Shown here in pieces: positions 1 to 12,164 of a stretch of DNA of 64,000 nt. The DNA is from Bigelowiella natans CCMP2755 (taxonomy: Eukaryota; Protista; Cercozoa). The notes beneath the pieces are model-generated. The model saw nothing but the letters and a program-made list of their open reading frames with translations, searched no databases and was not told the origin of the DNA. Made by a program: the position numbers and the translations under genes. How positions within the stretch are numbered: the stretch's first letter is position 1; each line of letters opens with the position of its first letter. Where the stretch lies: contig ADNK01000427.1 in the NCBI GenBank assembly GCA_000320545.1, forward strand, positions 186,001-250,000, in the 5' to 3' direction.

Positions 1-334
1 AGTGATAGTGCTTCCCGAAGAAGGCGTATCCGTTCAGAGCTAGCTCCATCATTTTCATCACCACTCTTGCTAGTTTGTACGGCTTCCATCACTGCTGCGT
101 CGAGACCCCGACAATCAATTATGGACGCTGTGAGCGCTCGAATTGCCGTGTGCCTGCGTGAACCCCGAAACGCATATATGAGTGCGTGCATGCATGTGTT
201 GGTGTTGTCTACAAAGCACATCGCTTGAAAAGGAAGTTGGTTGTGATCATGATGTTGATGACCATCCTTCAATCCGGCCATCCATCCAGTGAACCTCCTT
301 CACAGTGGAAGTCAGATAGCCTGGTATATTTCAG

Positions 335-370
<36 letters not shown>

Positions 371-1081
371 TGCAAAATCCATGGACTATTAAAACAAGCA
401 AAACCCTTGCCATATGTTTGTAAATGTTTGCCTCGCTTGCCCAGAATTTCTAGTAGCACTGAGTCTCCATTTTTTCATACATTTACGTGAATTGCAACGA
501 CTTTGTAAATCTTCAAGTTTTTCTTGCAGTTTTTTCCCCTTGGTCGAGAAGGCATCAAGGGTCCAAACATTTGCGCTGTTGAAACAAGAACGGTAAATTC
601 TAAGCTTGTGAGAACACATCTTTCATCTGTGCGGTGTACAATTAGTGATGGCAGCCGAGGCTCCTTCGCATACCCATTTTCAATAAGATCCTTCAGGTCT
701 TCAGAATTGCGGGGTTCAGATTTACCCCCGACAGCAATTTTTGTAAGCCGGATCTGGTCCCTGCATGCGATGATCGATCACAAGAATCATGCTATTTTCA
801 CACAACGCTGGAATGGATGAATGAATGAACGAACGAACGAAAGAATGATGAACAGCATCTTTTTAGTTCTAATGGCCACGAACCAACCGAATCGTGGATA
901 CGCAGAATGAGCGCCGGAGGAATGGTGCACGGAAATATCCTGCTGTTGCTAACGTTCGGAAGAGTACCCAATCAGTTTTTTGCTCAAACAAACCCAGGTG
1001 AGAGTGCAAATGAATACATTAAGAACACAATTTACAAGTCGCTGCTTTGAAGAAGGAGCGTGTGGTGAATCGGGCTGCCAT
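1..1081 (-). CDS. Spliced gene, 5' part (continues off the window); unknown protein with mitochondrial-type presequence
   Basis: ATG at 1081; GT-AG joins give MAARFTTRSFFKAATSTAGYFRAPFLRRSFCVSTIRDQIRLTKIAVGGKSEP...GIYRSCFNSANVWTLDAFSTKGKKLQEKLEDLQ; open frame at 1-155 (HTAIRALTASIIDCRGLDAAVMEAV...). The N-terminus is Arg/Ser/Phe-rich and acid-free. No family recognised. Confidence 0.55.
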
Positions 1082-1290
1082 TCTTCCTTGATTCTTTCTG
1101 CTGAGCTCTCCTCCTTGTCGAGGCCACGCGGTGAGATGGATGACCCGTTGATTGATTCTTCGGGTAAATGAGATTTTTTCCAGGATTTCATCCCAACCTC
1201 CTAAAAATAGATATACATTGGATATATTTAAGCCTAGTTTTTTAGAATATCGCAACATTAACAACAGTCTCGACACCAGTTTGGTTGCAA

Positions 1291-1310
1291 GACACGTGTC
1301 GGACACGTGT
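1291..1310. promoter_or_regulatory. Tandem palindromic G-box/E-box-like elements (GACACGTGTC-G-GACACGTGT) in a 280-bp divergent promoter
   Basis: Two CACGTG cores 11 bp apart between the divergent ATGs at 1081(-) and 1363(+). Confidence 0.35.
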
Positions 1311-1362
1311 GCGGGACAGAGGGTTCGGGGACCCCCACCCTTGAGGAGGGCGGCGTCTTTCA

Positions 1363-2616
1363 ATGTACGCAGTATCTCTTCTGCTGTGGGCATCAATGAT
1401 GCCGCACAACGTCAGAGGTATGGATCTCTTCGTCGTTCGTATTGTGTGGGAGGAGGAGGATGATGGTAGGCTTCTCGTTTGTAGGGGGCCACAGCACATT
1501 CTGTGCGTCGCTTTGTGGACGAGCAAGTGGTGTGAGGGAAAGCGGGCTACGAAACAGACCGGTTTTTCCGGATCCATCTACCTCCTTAGAACCCTTTCGA
1601 AGGAGCATGAGGTGCAAGGGAAAACAGCAAAAGGGGTCTCAAAGCAGAGCTTCGGGGCGTGCACTGACTACTCTCTGCGTCATCTCGATTTCCCAGCATT
1701 CAAAAAAGAATCATTGGTTGGCACCTACATTTGAAAAGACGGGAGAATAGAACTCAAAAATCCAAAAAATAGCGGCTGTGATGTGATGGACTAACATGAA
1801 AAACGCGTCATCATCAATTGGTTAGGTGCGATATCGCTTGCGAGGAATATACCCGTAGACTTGCTGGATATGATGGCGCCAAGTTTGGACTAGAAGAGGT
1901 TATTCTAAAGCCTGCACCAGGACCACCAAAAAACACGGAGGAACAACAAAAAAATCAGGAAGGGGTAAAACTGCAGCTGTAAATTTTGTTTGTTAGATAT
2001 CCCCTTCTGAACAATAATTTCTACTGTTGTCATCAGGACTCGTTATTGGCACGTGTCGAGGACGGAGATTATCTATTCGTCCTCGACGAACGCGGAAAGT
2101 CTATTTCAACTTTGTAGGAAAATATGACGTCGTATATTTTATGCTTTTTCTCTTCTACTCACTCAGTGTGAACTATCACAGTGAACTGGCTCAAGAAATC
2201 AGGAATCTTTCAAATGAAGGAATAAGGCGTATTGATTTTGCAATCGGCGGCTCAGCTGGCCATTCGGTAAAAAAAGAATCATGTCAACGTAATATGAGAA
2301 CAACCCTCAATTTTTAGTACATATATTCAGGATAAAGTTCGCAAGAAAGCCAACAGGATGATAAAAGTCAGCGATATGGTAATTCACGTCACGAGTTTCA
2401 TGAACTCTATCTTCTATCATCAACATATTTCATATATATTTTCGAGTGAAATGACTGTTCCGAACATGCAAAGTTTTACTTTTAAATTCCATCAAAGGCT
2501 TATACACGGTTCTCATTGATATCCAGGTTCTGAATCATCTGATTGCACGCGCATTACTAGTTGAGCAACTATACCGTGTCGCCACCATCTTACTAGGTGT
2601 TCCTTATCACAAGTAA
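1363..2616 (+). CDS. rlmH: 23S rRNA pseudouridine-1915 N3-methyltransferase RlmH (SPOUT), with a bipartite-looking organelle (plastid) leader; about 7 exons
   Basis: Spliced product: ...KNHWCDIACEEYTRRL...QKNQEG-DSLLARVEDGDYLFVLDERGKSISTFELAQEI...IDFAIGGSAGHS-DKVRKKANRMIKVSDM-VLNHLIARALLVEQLYRVATILLGVPYHK*. The LDERGK, FxIGG and EQLYR...G.PYH motifs are RlmH hallmarks. Confidence 0.9.
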
Positions 2617-2649
2617 TTTTCAGCAAACATAATATATGTGTAAAGATAC

Positions 2650-3300
2650 AGCTAGACGGTGGCAAATGCGCAATTACGCAACATGGAGATGCCTTATGAT
2701 GAGATGCACCACCAACACTAAGTGCAAAGCTAGAAAGCTAGAGGACAAATCAGCTTGACCATTGTGTGCATGTGAGACGGATGTAATGAAATGTTTTAAA
2801 TATTTTCAAGCATGTATGCCTACACCTAGTAGCTAGCTAGCGAGTAAGTAAGCTAGCATTAGGATTGCATGTAGCTGCATTGTTTGTAGAGGACATAGCA
2901 GCGCTTGTACATCCCTTGAAACATGGAGTATGTTGAGGTCTGTCTAGATCGATGTATAGATGTAGTTCGATTATGTGAACGCAATCGTTGTGCTATCATA
3001 AATTTAACCTGAGCAGCGCGGACTGCATGCATGAGTGTTGCAAAGCCTACCTAGCTACGCACCTCATCATCACATGCACGAGCGCACTGCATCGCATGCT
3101 CTAGCTAAGTACATGTGTTTGCGGAGTTTTTTTGACGTCGTGTCGTCAGTCTAGATGTATCGTACAATTTCATGTATAATTGAGACAGGACACATGCACT
3201 CCTATAGATTGGTTCACAATGCTTTCAAATACCACAATTATTCATACAAGTCAGTGACGTAGCAGTATGTAGAGCTATAGCTTGTGCTGCGCTTTCCGTA
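2650..3300. other. Palindromic-tetramer (RY-alternating) tract 1, convergent spacer
   Basis: e.g. ctagtagctagctagcg, gcatgcatgag, gcatcgcatgctctagctaagtacatgtg; lies between rlmH(+) and the coiled-coil gene(-). Confidence 0.7.
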
Positions 3301-3312
3301 ACATTTGATATA

Positions 3313-4806
3313 TTAATCGCATGGAACGTCAAAATCAACTTTACGACTTCTCAGCATTGAACGGACATCTCCCGAATCCCTGATCTGCGAGAGCCATTTT
3401 CCATTTTCATGGGTTCAACATTGAAAAATAGAAATCAGAACCTGATGTAGGAGCTCGTTGTGGCAATTTCAAATGCACATATGCACCTATTGCTCTGAAA
3501 GCATTCTGAGCAGAATACAAAAACACATCAAATGCTGTAGGTATTACGCTGAGCTTTTTAAAATTACTTTTCTTTTATAACGCGTAGAAGGTGCGAGACG
3601 CGATCATTCGTCCCACCGATGTCGGCCTTGATCACCTCTATTTTCTCGGTGTTACGTGAACCTTGTTCCTCTAATATTCTCTCGAATTTCGCTATTGTCT
3701 CTTTTATTTGCGTGTCGACTTTCAAAACAACATCTTTATGTTCGGTTTGGAGTGTTGCCAGCTTTGCCTCTGTTTCCGAGACCTTTTCAATTTTGGGAGC
3801 ATGATTATTTGTGCGATACTGAAGAGTCATCAATAAACTATACCGTGGTCATGATTTCTTCAATTTTTTTCCTTAGGGGCTCAAATGTTTCAAAACATAA
3901 TTTCTGGGTAATACGATTAAATATCAGGTAACCTGGAAGGTATGAAGTGATATTAAAAATCTACCAATTTACTGGTCATATTTTTTTCTGTGCTGTTTAT
4001 TCTTGCGCAAGATCCCTCCTCTGAGCTGTTAAGCCTATAATTGTTCCGAATGAGTACAATATGGAACGAAATTATAATAATTGTAACCTTTCTCCGAGAA
4101 TTTTATTCATGTCAATCAGTTTTGAAAATTGATCCTGATTTGCTTGGCTAATAATTTTCGATGTATCTTGTAGTCCACCAATTTTCCCTTTTATCTGATG
4201 GAAAAACGGAAGTTTGGAAACATATTCAGTGCTGTTTAATTTGAGGTCGGAATAAATTATAAAAACTTAGAATGTGAATGTTCTAACCGATTCAATCTCC
4301 TCTCGCAAGCTTCCGAGTTCGCCCTTTGCATCAGTTTGAAACCTACGCAGCACTATCAATAAAATGAAAACAGAACAATTATCAACTGTCACCTCTGGAA
4401 TATCTCTTGAGAACGTCGAACAGAGGCAAAATCAAGCTCCTGATTGGCTACTGATTCTGTAGTAAAAAGTGGCCCTTTCAATATAACATTGAGGTCATCC
4501 TAGTGAGATCAGTAAGCACTACCTGAAAGTGCTCGAAGAGGACGCATATGCGGTCCATGTTGTAGCTGATAATTGAAAAGGAAAGGAAACCATGATTTGA
4601 GAACATTGAATTTCAACAAAAGATCACCGTACAATTAATTGACTTAATAACGATGTAAATAAGCTATTACCTCCTTCGATATGGTCTCCAGCATCTCAGT
4701 GTGGAGTTCAGCTTTTAAAAGTCGACCTCTTCTTTTCATATTGAGTTCTATAGTCCTGCAGCCACCGTAAACCTAAGATTTAGATATTATTTTTGTTTCT
4801 ATCTGA

Positions 4807-4844
<38 letters not shown>

Positions 4845-5555
4845 AGTTCTTAAGAAAGAGGGGAAAGCTACTTTCGATATTGACTCAAGCCGTTCCTCTA
4901 TTCTTATCTGTCTTTCCTTGATGGCTCTCTGCTGATCGATGCAGATAGCATGAGACCGCTCAAACTGCTGAAACATATTTTTCATTGCATATGTTGGAGA
5001 GCATGAAGCCTGATTTTCCTCCAGGCGTTTTATCCTAATTTCCATGCTTGACAGTATTTTGTTCTCTTCGTTCGAAAATCTACTTGTCTTTTGGTAATCG
5101 CTTGAGTTTTTAGCTGTACTCATAGCACTATTATTATCGATTAGGTGAGGGTCCATATGTATCAATCGTCTTGGAGTATTCGCGGACTTTGCCTTTAGAG
5201 TATCCATATATTGATTAACCTGCTCCTGTTAATACAAACTAGCGTGAGACTTCGACACGCCTCTAAATTTTGAAAAGAATAATAGTCAGAACACTGCCAT
5301 TACTCATTACCTGAATATTGCTGAGTTTATGCTGGAGGACTCTAATCCCATCAAGGCTATCGCCTTTGATGTTTCTGAGATGCATTTTGCGCTGGGTTGA
5401 ACCGAATACAATCCATAACATACGACAATGAAGCTCTCAAAACAAGCGACATGTATCCACTCAGACGCAACAAGCAACACATTAATACGCAATATGCAAC
5501 ATGCAACACGCAGCACACAACACGCAGCCATATGAGCCCGAGTCCTACGTGCCAT
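3313..5555 (-). CDS. Multi-exon coiled-coil protein, function unknown (ends approximate)
   Basis: Exon ORFs 4809-5207 (MEIRIKRLEENQ...RQIRIEERLESISK) and 3564-3833 (EAKLATLQTEHKDVVLKVDTQIKETIAKFERILEEQ) show heptad character; many short GT-AG introns. Confidence 0.6.
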
Positions 5556-6463
5556 GGCAACCTTCCGGAGCCCTTAGCCGTTGCTGGGATGGAACTGGTA
5601 AATCTTGTAATTCCGAACGAAAATCGTCTAGAAATACAGGCAAATTATCGATTTTCATTTTTGAATCAAACAAATGACATTTTAGGTGGAGAATGCCGGA
5701 TCTCTCCGTAATTTTGAGAGTAACGGCAGTTATTACGGCTGCTGGCTGCCGGCTGCTGAAAAAAATGTAACCACCCCAGTCCTTATTTAACGACGACAAA
5801 GCGAGGACGGTCAAGTGTATTTTTCGGCTTTTTGGTGCCATGCGTAAATTACTTGATACATCTATCTTTGGATGTCGCTTAATATAAACGATATGGTTTT
5901 CTCTCATTTGATTCCTTGGGTGTCGTAGATAAGTTCCTCATCTTTTTACACTTGATTCAGACTGCACATTTCCTCCTGCTCATGTGGACAAACTTAGGGG
6001 AAAAGTGTTTAACATCAAATATGTATTGATGTCGCAATAAAATAACATAAGGGTTTCTCGCTAATTCCTTAAAAAGATTTAATTCTCAATCTGGAAAGAG
6101 GTTGGGGACGGAAAATCTATTTTGTGGGTTGGCATACTGTGTGTGTGTGTGGTGATGTATACACGTGTGAGCTGTGGCATTGGAGGGAGCGAAGACGATA
6201 GTTTACTGAGAAAGCATAATCGATTACCAACTAATACTGTCCCTCTAAAAATTTAACTCACTTTCAATGCGCAATGTTTTGTCATTCGTTTTAGGTTAAA
6301 AGAAAAACAAAGTTGGTGAATCGTCACCGGTTGTCTCCTTCACTTTGGTAAGCTGGAATGCTTTCCTAAGATGTTCGTTCTCTTAACGATCAATTTTTAT
6401 AGGCGGATAGAGAAGTTCGCATTTGAAACCCCCAGTCGAGGAGGTCGAGAGCATTTTTAAAGG

Positions 6464-9400
6464 ATGGAAGGCTTTCTGGAAAAATCGGGCGGGCTCAGTG
6501 CCTACAAGAAGCACTTTTTCCGGATGCAATCCAGCCAATTGCTTCAATTTAAATCAAATAAACCCGGAGAAAAGTGCAAGAAGTATATACCGTTGGAGAA
6601 CGGAAAACTTGTAGCGGTATGTATGTATACTGTGTTTACCAAGCCTTATTATGAACTTGTTATGAAGTGCCTAAATTTCCGGTATATTTGAATATTAGGA
6701 TCGTAAGGATACACGAGTATTTCGCTTAACATGCAAGGGGAGAAACTATTTATTTCGTGCAAAGGATCAGGAGATGTGTAATCTGTGGTTAGAAGCTTTG
6801 AAAGGCGTTGTCAGAGAGCATGACGTATCTAGAAGGTTTGACATTTTCAGCTTTATAAGCAGCCAAAGCGTAGCAGATTTCTTACTGATGTTCATCACTT
6901 TAGATCTGGAGGCTCCCTCTCTTTAAGGAGTCTTGTAAGCAAAAAGAAGGTTAGTAATGCACGCAGAAAGCTTACTACAAACTCAAATATATATGAATTG
7001 CCGCCAAGCTGAATATCTCTTGTTGATAAAGGTTCGATACACGGAAGACGGCTTCAATTTGGACTTGACCTACATCACAGACAGCATTATAGCGATGGGC
7101 TATCCAGCAACAGGAGCCGAAGCCATGTACCGAAACCCTCTCTCAAAAGTCAAAAAGTTATTGTCAAAGAAACACCCAGGGAACTACAAAGTCTACAATC
7201 TTTGTTCCGAAAAAACCTACGACTCAAAAACTTTCCAACAGGTTGATCATGTCCCTATATTAGCTTAATATCTGTGACTATTTTGGTGCTTCGAAATAGG
7301 GGGAGCTCAGTTTGGTAATTGTATTTTTATTTGGTCAGTTCGCTCATTTTCCGTTCACGGACCACAACACGTGCCCTCTGCACATTATCAAGGAATTCTG
7401 CGATGACGTACATGAGGTACCCGGAAATAATAGAGTACATTGAAATGAGGTCGTTGTTGATTCTGTGCATGTAATTTCACAACAGTGGCTCGAAGGTGGT
7501 GATGAACGTGTGGTCGCTATTCACTGCAAAGCGGGCAAGGTGACGAAAAACCTTTTATTCTTTACTATATAATGTTCTTCTTATTGTATTGGGCTTATTG
7601 TGTTATCCGGCTACTTGTACGTAAAGGGCCGCGCTGGGATGATGATATCTTCCTATCTCATTCGAGCTGGAATTTGTGATTCAGCAGAGGTACAGGCAAA
7701 ACGCTATCTTTGTCGTGGTCGAACAAAAAAGTATCTGTGTTTGATATGGAAAATCTTAAATTGTTCAGGAAGCCTTACAGCTCTTTGGCGACAAAAGATG
7801 CTATGATGCAAGGGGTGCTGCAAATTTAATTAGTCAATTTAATTTATCTTCTTTCTAAAACTGTAAATCTTAGTTGATAGTTCTTAATAATTGTTAAAAA
7901 CCCGTTTCATAAACTAATCTAGGAGTAACCATTCCATCGCAAAGGCGTTCAGTAGAGTATTACGAAAAGTAAGTTCTTCATGACTGAGATATGAAAATGT
8001 GCTTTTCCTGATCAAGTTTATGGAACACTATTCTCTAGGTATCTCAAAGAGTACATTTCAGTAGATCGCCCATTCCCGTTCGATGCCACCGTAGAACTGG
8101 TGCATGTCAGGATGTACACCACGGTAGAGCCAGTGTTAAGCAATTTATTACTCGATTGAGTTTTCTGATTTGTTGATTTCATAATGGGCAGCCAAACTTC
8201 GACCGGAATGGAGGATGCAATCCCTACTTCGAAGTCAGAAGATACGACGAGGAAACGTAATTTATATTCAAACAGTGTTGTTTTTTTGGCGTTGTTGCGT
8301 TTCTTGCATATTGAATGGCAGAATACATAATGATGATTGGTATTCCTCAGCGGAGAAATAGTGGAGATTTATGACTCGCAAATGCACCACGAAGTAAAGA
8401 AAGTCAGACAAGAGCCGGTAAGTGTCTTTGCAGATAGTCTAACGTTTTGAGGTGCTAATAGATGAAAACTCTTTCTCAGTTTATAGATATACCATGCCGC
8501 GTGGAATTGAAGGGAGATATGAAGATTCGCGTTAGGGATAAAGATCATTTTGGTATTATAGCTCATCACATTTTTGAACGAGTAATATGAAATTGTAAAC
8601 CCTTAACAATTTTGTTTAGGTAAAGATGATTCTATGTTATGGTTGTGGTTGAATGCCGCATTCTGTCCAAAGAACGGAAGGATTCTTCTCCCTAAGGTAA
8701 ATATAGAACTCAAGCATATTTTTACGGAGTTTCCGTTGTTTTCTTCAGGGATGCAGTAGTAGTTAGCATTGATTGAAAATCTAAATGCTGACTGAGCTTA
8801 TAAATCTTAGGATCAGTGCGATGGAGCTATGAAAGAGAACAAGAAATGTTTCGCAGATAATTTTAGGGTATGGCACCTTGTTTTTAGTATCGAGTGGAGG
8901 GAAGCTTACGGCTATATTTTTTTGCAGATTGTCTTGTATTTCGGGGCTCCTCCTACGAATTTAAACCGAAGCTTAGCATCTCTAGGTAAAGGGATAGATT
9001 GTTTTTCCATGCATGATTAAGGGAAACGATTTTCATAGCGAACATAACTTTTCATATCTCTCGGCAGAATCCCAAGAAATGTTGAAGTCAAGTTCATCGC
9101 TAGTAAGAGCTCTCGTTAGCAAAAAGAAGGTGATACATCATTTCTATGGGATTCGCACACACTGTTGTTGCAACAACATTTATATATACACATATATTTT
9201 TTCTTTACTACCAAATGGGTCTTATTTCTATCTTCAAAACACCTCGAAGGTCCGATTCGTCAAGGATGGTTTCGATCTGGATTTGACTTACATCACCCCC
9301 CAACTGATAGCTATGGGGTACCCATCTGAGGGAACAGAAGCTGTTTATCGAAACCCGATGTCCCAAGTCCAAAAGATGCTTAAGACGTACCACCCTGCCC

Positions 9401-11238
9401 GTTTTAAGGTGTACAATCTCTGTGCGGAGCGTGAATACAAAGCGGAAAAGTTTGGCGGCGAAGCAAGTTGCGCCCATTTCGGTTTTTTTGACCATAATGC
9501 TTCTCCATTGAAGATGGTGTACGATTTTTGCCTTGATGTTGAGGCTTTTCTCAAGAGGGGGAAAGACCACGTCGTCGCTGTTCATTGCAAAGCTGGTAAG
9601 GGCCGAACCGGAATGATGCTCTCGTGCTATTTACTGCACTGCAAAGCTTGCAAGACTGCCGAGGAGGCTCTTACTCTGTTCGCAGATAAACGTACCGCAG
9701 ATGGGAAGGGGGTTACAATCGCCTCTCAAATTCGTTATGTGCACTATTACGAGCGTTTCCTCAAGGAATACCTCTGGAAAGACAAGCCGTTCAAATTTTA
9801 CCCCAAATCTAAGCTTCTGCATCGTGTGAAGTTCGGCCCCGTACCGATTTTCGATAGCATGAGCGGTGGCTGCTTGCCATATTTCCATATTCTCGACCCT
9901 AATTTGAAGTGCATCTTCAAAAGCACCTCGCAAACGCAGATCAAGCTGGCGAAGGGGAATGTCTGCGAAATCGAAGTGCAGGCTCTGCTCACCGGTGATT
10001 GCAAGCTAGTGTTCTACCACGACAATTCGATAGGAAAGGACGATAAGATGATGTGGTGTTGGCTCAACACTGAAATGGAGGGCAAAACCGTACGTTACGG
10101 AAAGAAAGAGCTAGACGGGGCCTCTAAGAAACACAAGAAGATATTCGAAAACGACTTCGTGTTGGAATTGTCGATGGAGGAGATAAAGTCTCGCAAGATA
10201 TCAACTGCTATGAAATCTGGTATTGCGGAATTAGGCTCCCAACGTCTAAGGAGAGTATCTTCGACTGTAGTGTCAGATGATGACGGAAATGTAATGTCCA
10301 TCAAATACCCAATGAAAGATCTTGCCGCATTAGCCTTCTCTACAAGCACTACAAAGTCTATTGAAAGCCATGGTGCTTATCTTGCTGCAAAGCATCCAAG
10401 TTCGCACAAGGTCTACAACCTCGGCAATGAACCTATCTATGATAAAAACAAGCACGGTGGGAAACTATCGAGCTTTGATTTGTCGCCACTGGAACCGGCA
10501 TCACTGGAGAACATCGTCAATTTTTGCAAAGATGTGCAAGAGTTTCTTAAGGAAAAGAAGGAGAATGTTGCGTGTATTTACTACAAAAATGGTAACGGTG
10601 TAATGATGACAGCTTGCTTCTTGCTTTGGGATGGCAGGTGTCAGACCTCGCGAATGGCTGTCAAGCGTGCGAGTGTCAATTTCTCAGATGATGTTAAGCT
10701 TTCAACCCCGCAACCGAGCCAAATCCAACGAGTTGCAGATTTTGAGATGTACCTAAAGATGTTCAAGGCCGTCAAGAGACCATTTCCATTTGAGGGCATA
10801 AGACGCCGTTTGCAACGAATCATTTTACACACTGTTCCACGCTCCAAGATTGGGGTGAAATGCAAGCCATGGTTTAGGGCTTTCAAGAATAATCGCGCTG
10901 TTGCGACGTGTAAACCGAAGGCTGGAACAGCTGATGATGGAAAATTGCGTTTGCACGTATCAAATTGTGTTCTCAAGGGAGAAAACAAATTAGTATTCTA
11001 TGATGACAAAGAAACCAAACCACTATTTTGGATATGGGTTCACACAAGCTTCATTCCCAAAGGAAGCTCCAGAGTGTACTACGAGAAATCCAAGATTGAC
11101 GAAGCTTCCAAGGACATCTCGTGCAACATCTTCCATGAAGAATTCATGGTTGAGGTATGGTGGGAGGAAGAGGACGAGGAAGAGGATGAAAAAAATGCAA
11201 ACGGATCAAACCAGAATTCTGATGGAATTGAAATGTGA
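6464..11238 (+). CDS. PH domain followed by three tandem PTEN-like phosphatase+C2 modules (two with intact active sites, the third degenerate)
   Basis: PH: MEGFLEKSGGLSAYKKHFFRM...YLFRAKDQEMCNLWLEALK. Module 1 (spliced): LVSKKK-VRYTEDGFNLDLTYIT...FTDHN...HCKAGK-GRAG...GVTIPSQRR. Module 2: DGFDLDLTYIT...FFDHN...HCKAGKGRTG...GVTIASQIRY. Module 3: HKVYNL...CIYYKNGNG...PSQIQ. An in-frame TAA sits two codons upstream of ATG 6464. Confidence 0.92.
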
Positions 11239-11349
11239 TTTGCTTGCCCATCTTTTTCATAAATAGTAAAATGTACATTGAGCGTACCTGTAATGTAACT
11301 GGCTTCGCAGCAGTTATTAAAAATATTTATATTGGTGCACAAAAGATGA

Positions 11350-12050
11350 ACAGCAGCACGTACATATACGTACGATAAAAGCATTGCTGTATTTGCTTCC
11401 GATCCGCGCCACCATTACCAGCTACTTGCCGTTGTAAAACGCTATGCAGTGTCATCATTTCTTCTTTATTTGCGAATATCCTGCATCGTTCGTGCATCGA
11501 TCGCTATCATAGTAGGGCATCAGCATGCACGCAGGTGCAACATGCAAAACGCAAACGCGCGCCATGCGTACGAATACTCGCGTGCACAAATATATATGGC
11601 CTACACAGTACTGTATCGTACTGCAATATATATTGGTCGTGTCTCGGATAATCTATTATATGCGCTATGAGACAAAAGTAACAGATGAATTGAAATTTTC
11701 AAAGGCCATCCTAATATATGTAACAATGCTAGAATGCATGCAAAGCTAGCAACGGTCATGTATGCTACGTTGGCGTGCCGGTCTAGCTAGCGTGCAGCAC
11801 GATACGATCCTATCGTATGTAACGCCTTCATGCGTGCGTGCAGTACGTGCATGATCGTATATTAACATACCAATGCAATATCAGACGGCTGCATGCAAGC
11901 AAAGTAGCGAAACCTGCGGTGTGTGACAGCTAGCCGCAGCCACTCTAGCACTAGTAGAAGCCCCACGCTCACAACATGGAACATCGATAAGCAATCGCCT
12001 AGTTACCTGCGCTGCTATTTCATTTCATCATTCATCGCCGAAACAAATAG
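11350..12050. other. Palindromic-tetramer tract 2, convergent spacer
   Basis: gcatgcacgc, gtctagctagcgtgcagc, gcagtacgtgcatgatcg; lies between the PTEN-like gene(+) and NDUFAF7(-). Confidence 0.7.
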
Positions 12051-12164
12051 TAAATCCAAATCGAAAAATTTCCTCATAAATAGATAAATCAAAGCGCAAC
12101 TTGCAATAACATTAGTAAGCACCATCGTCGGGAAGCTTATGCGCATCTATGTAATCGGCCATTG

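Noticed and set aside
5549-5561. X-box-like GTGCCATGGCAAC
   Set aside because: It overlaps a probable start codon, is not at the IFT144 promoter, and there is no evidence here for RFX.
9013-9249. N-terminus of the 741-aa ORF as a standalone gene start
   Set aside because: It includes intronic sequence, and upstream module-1 exons splice into it at about 9070.
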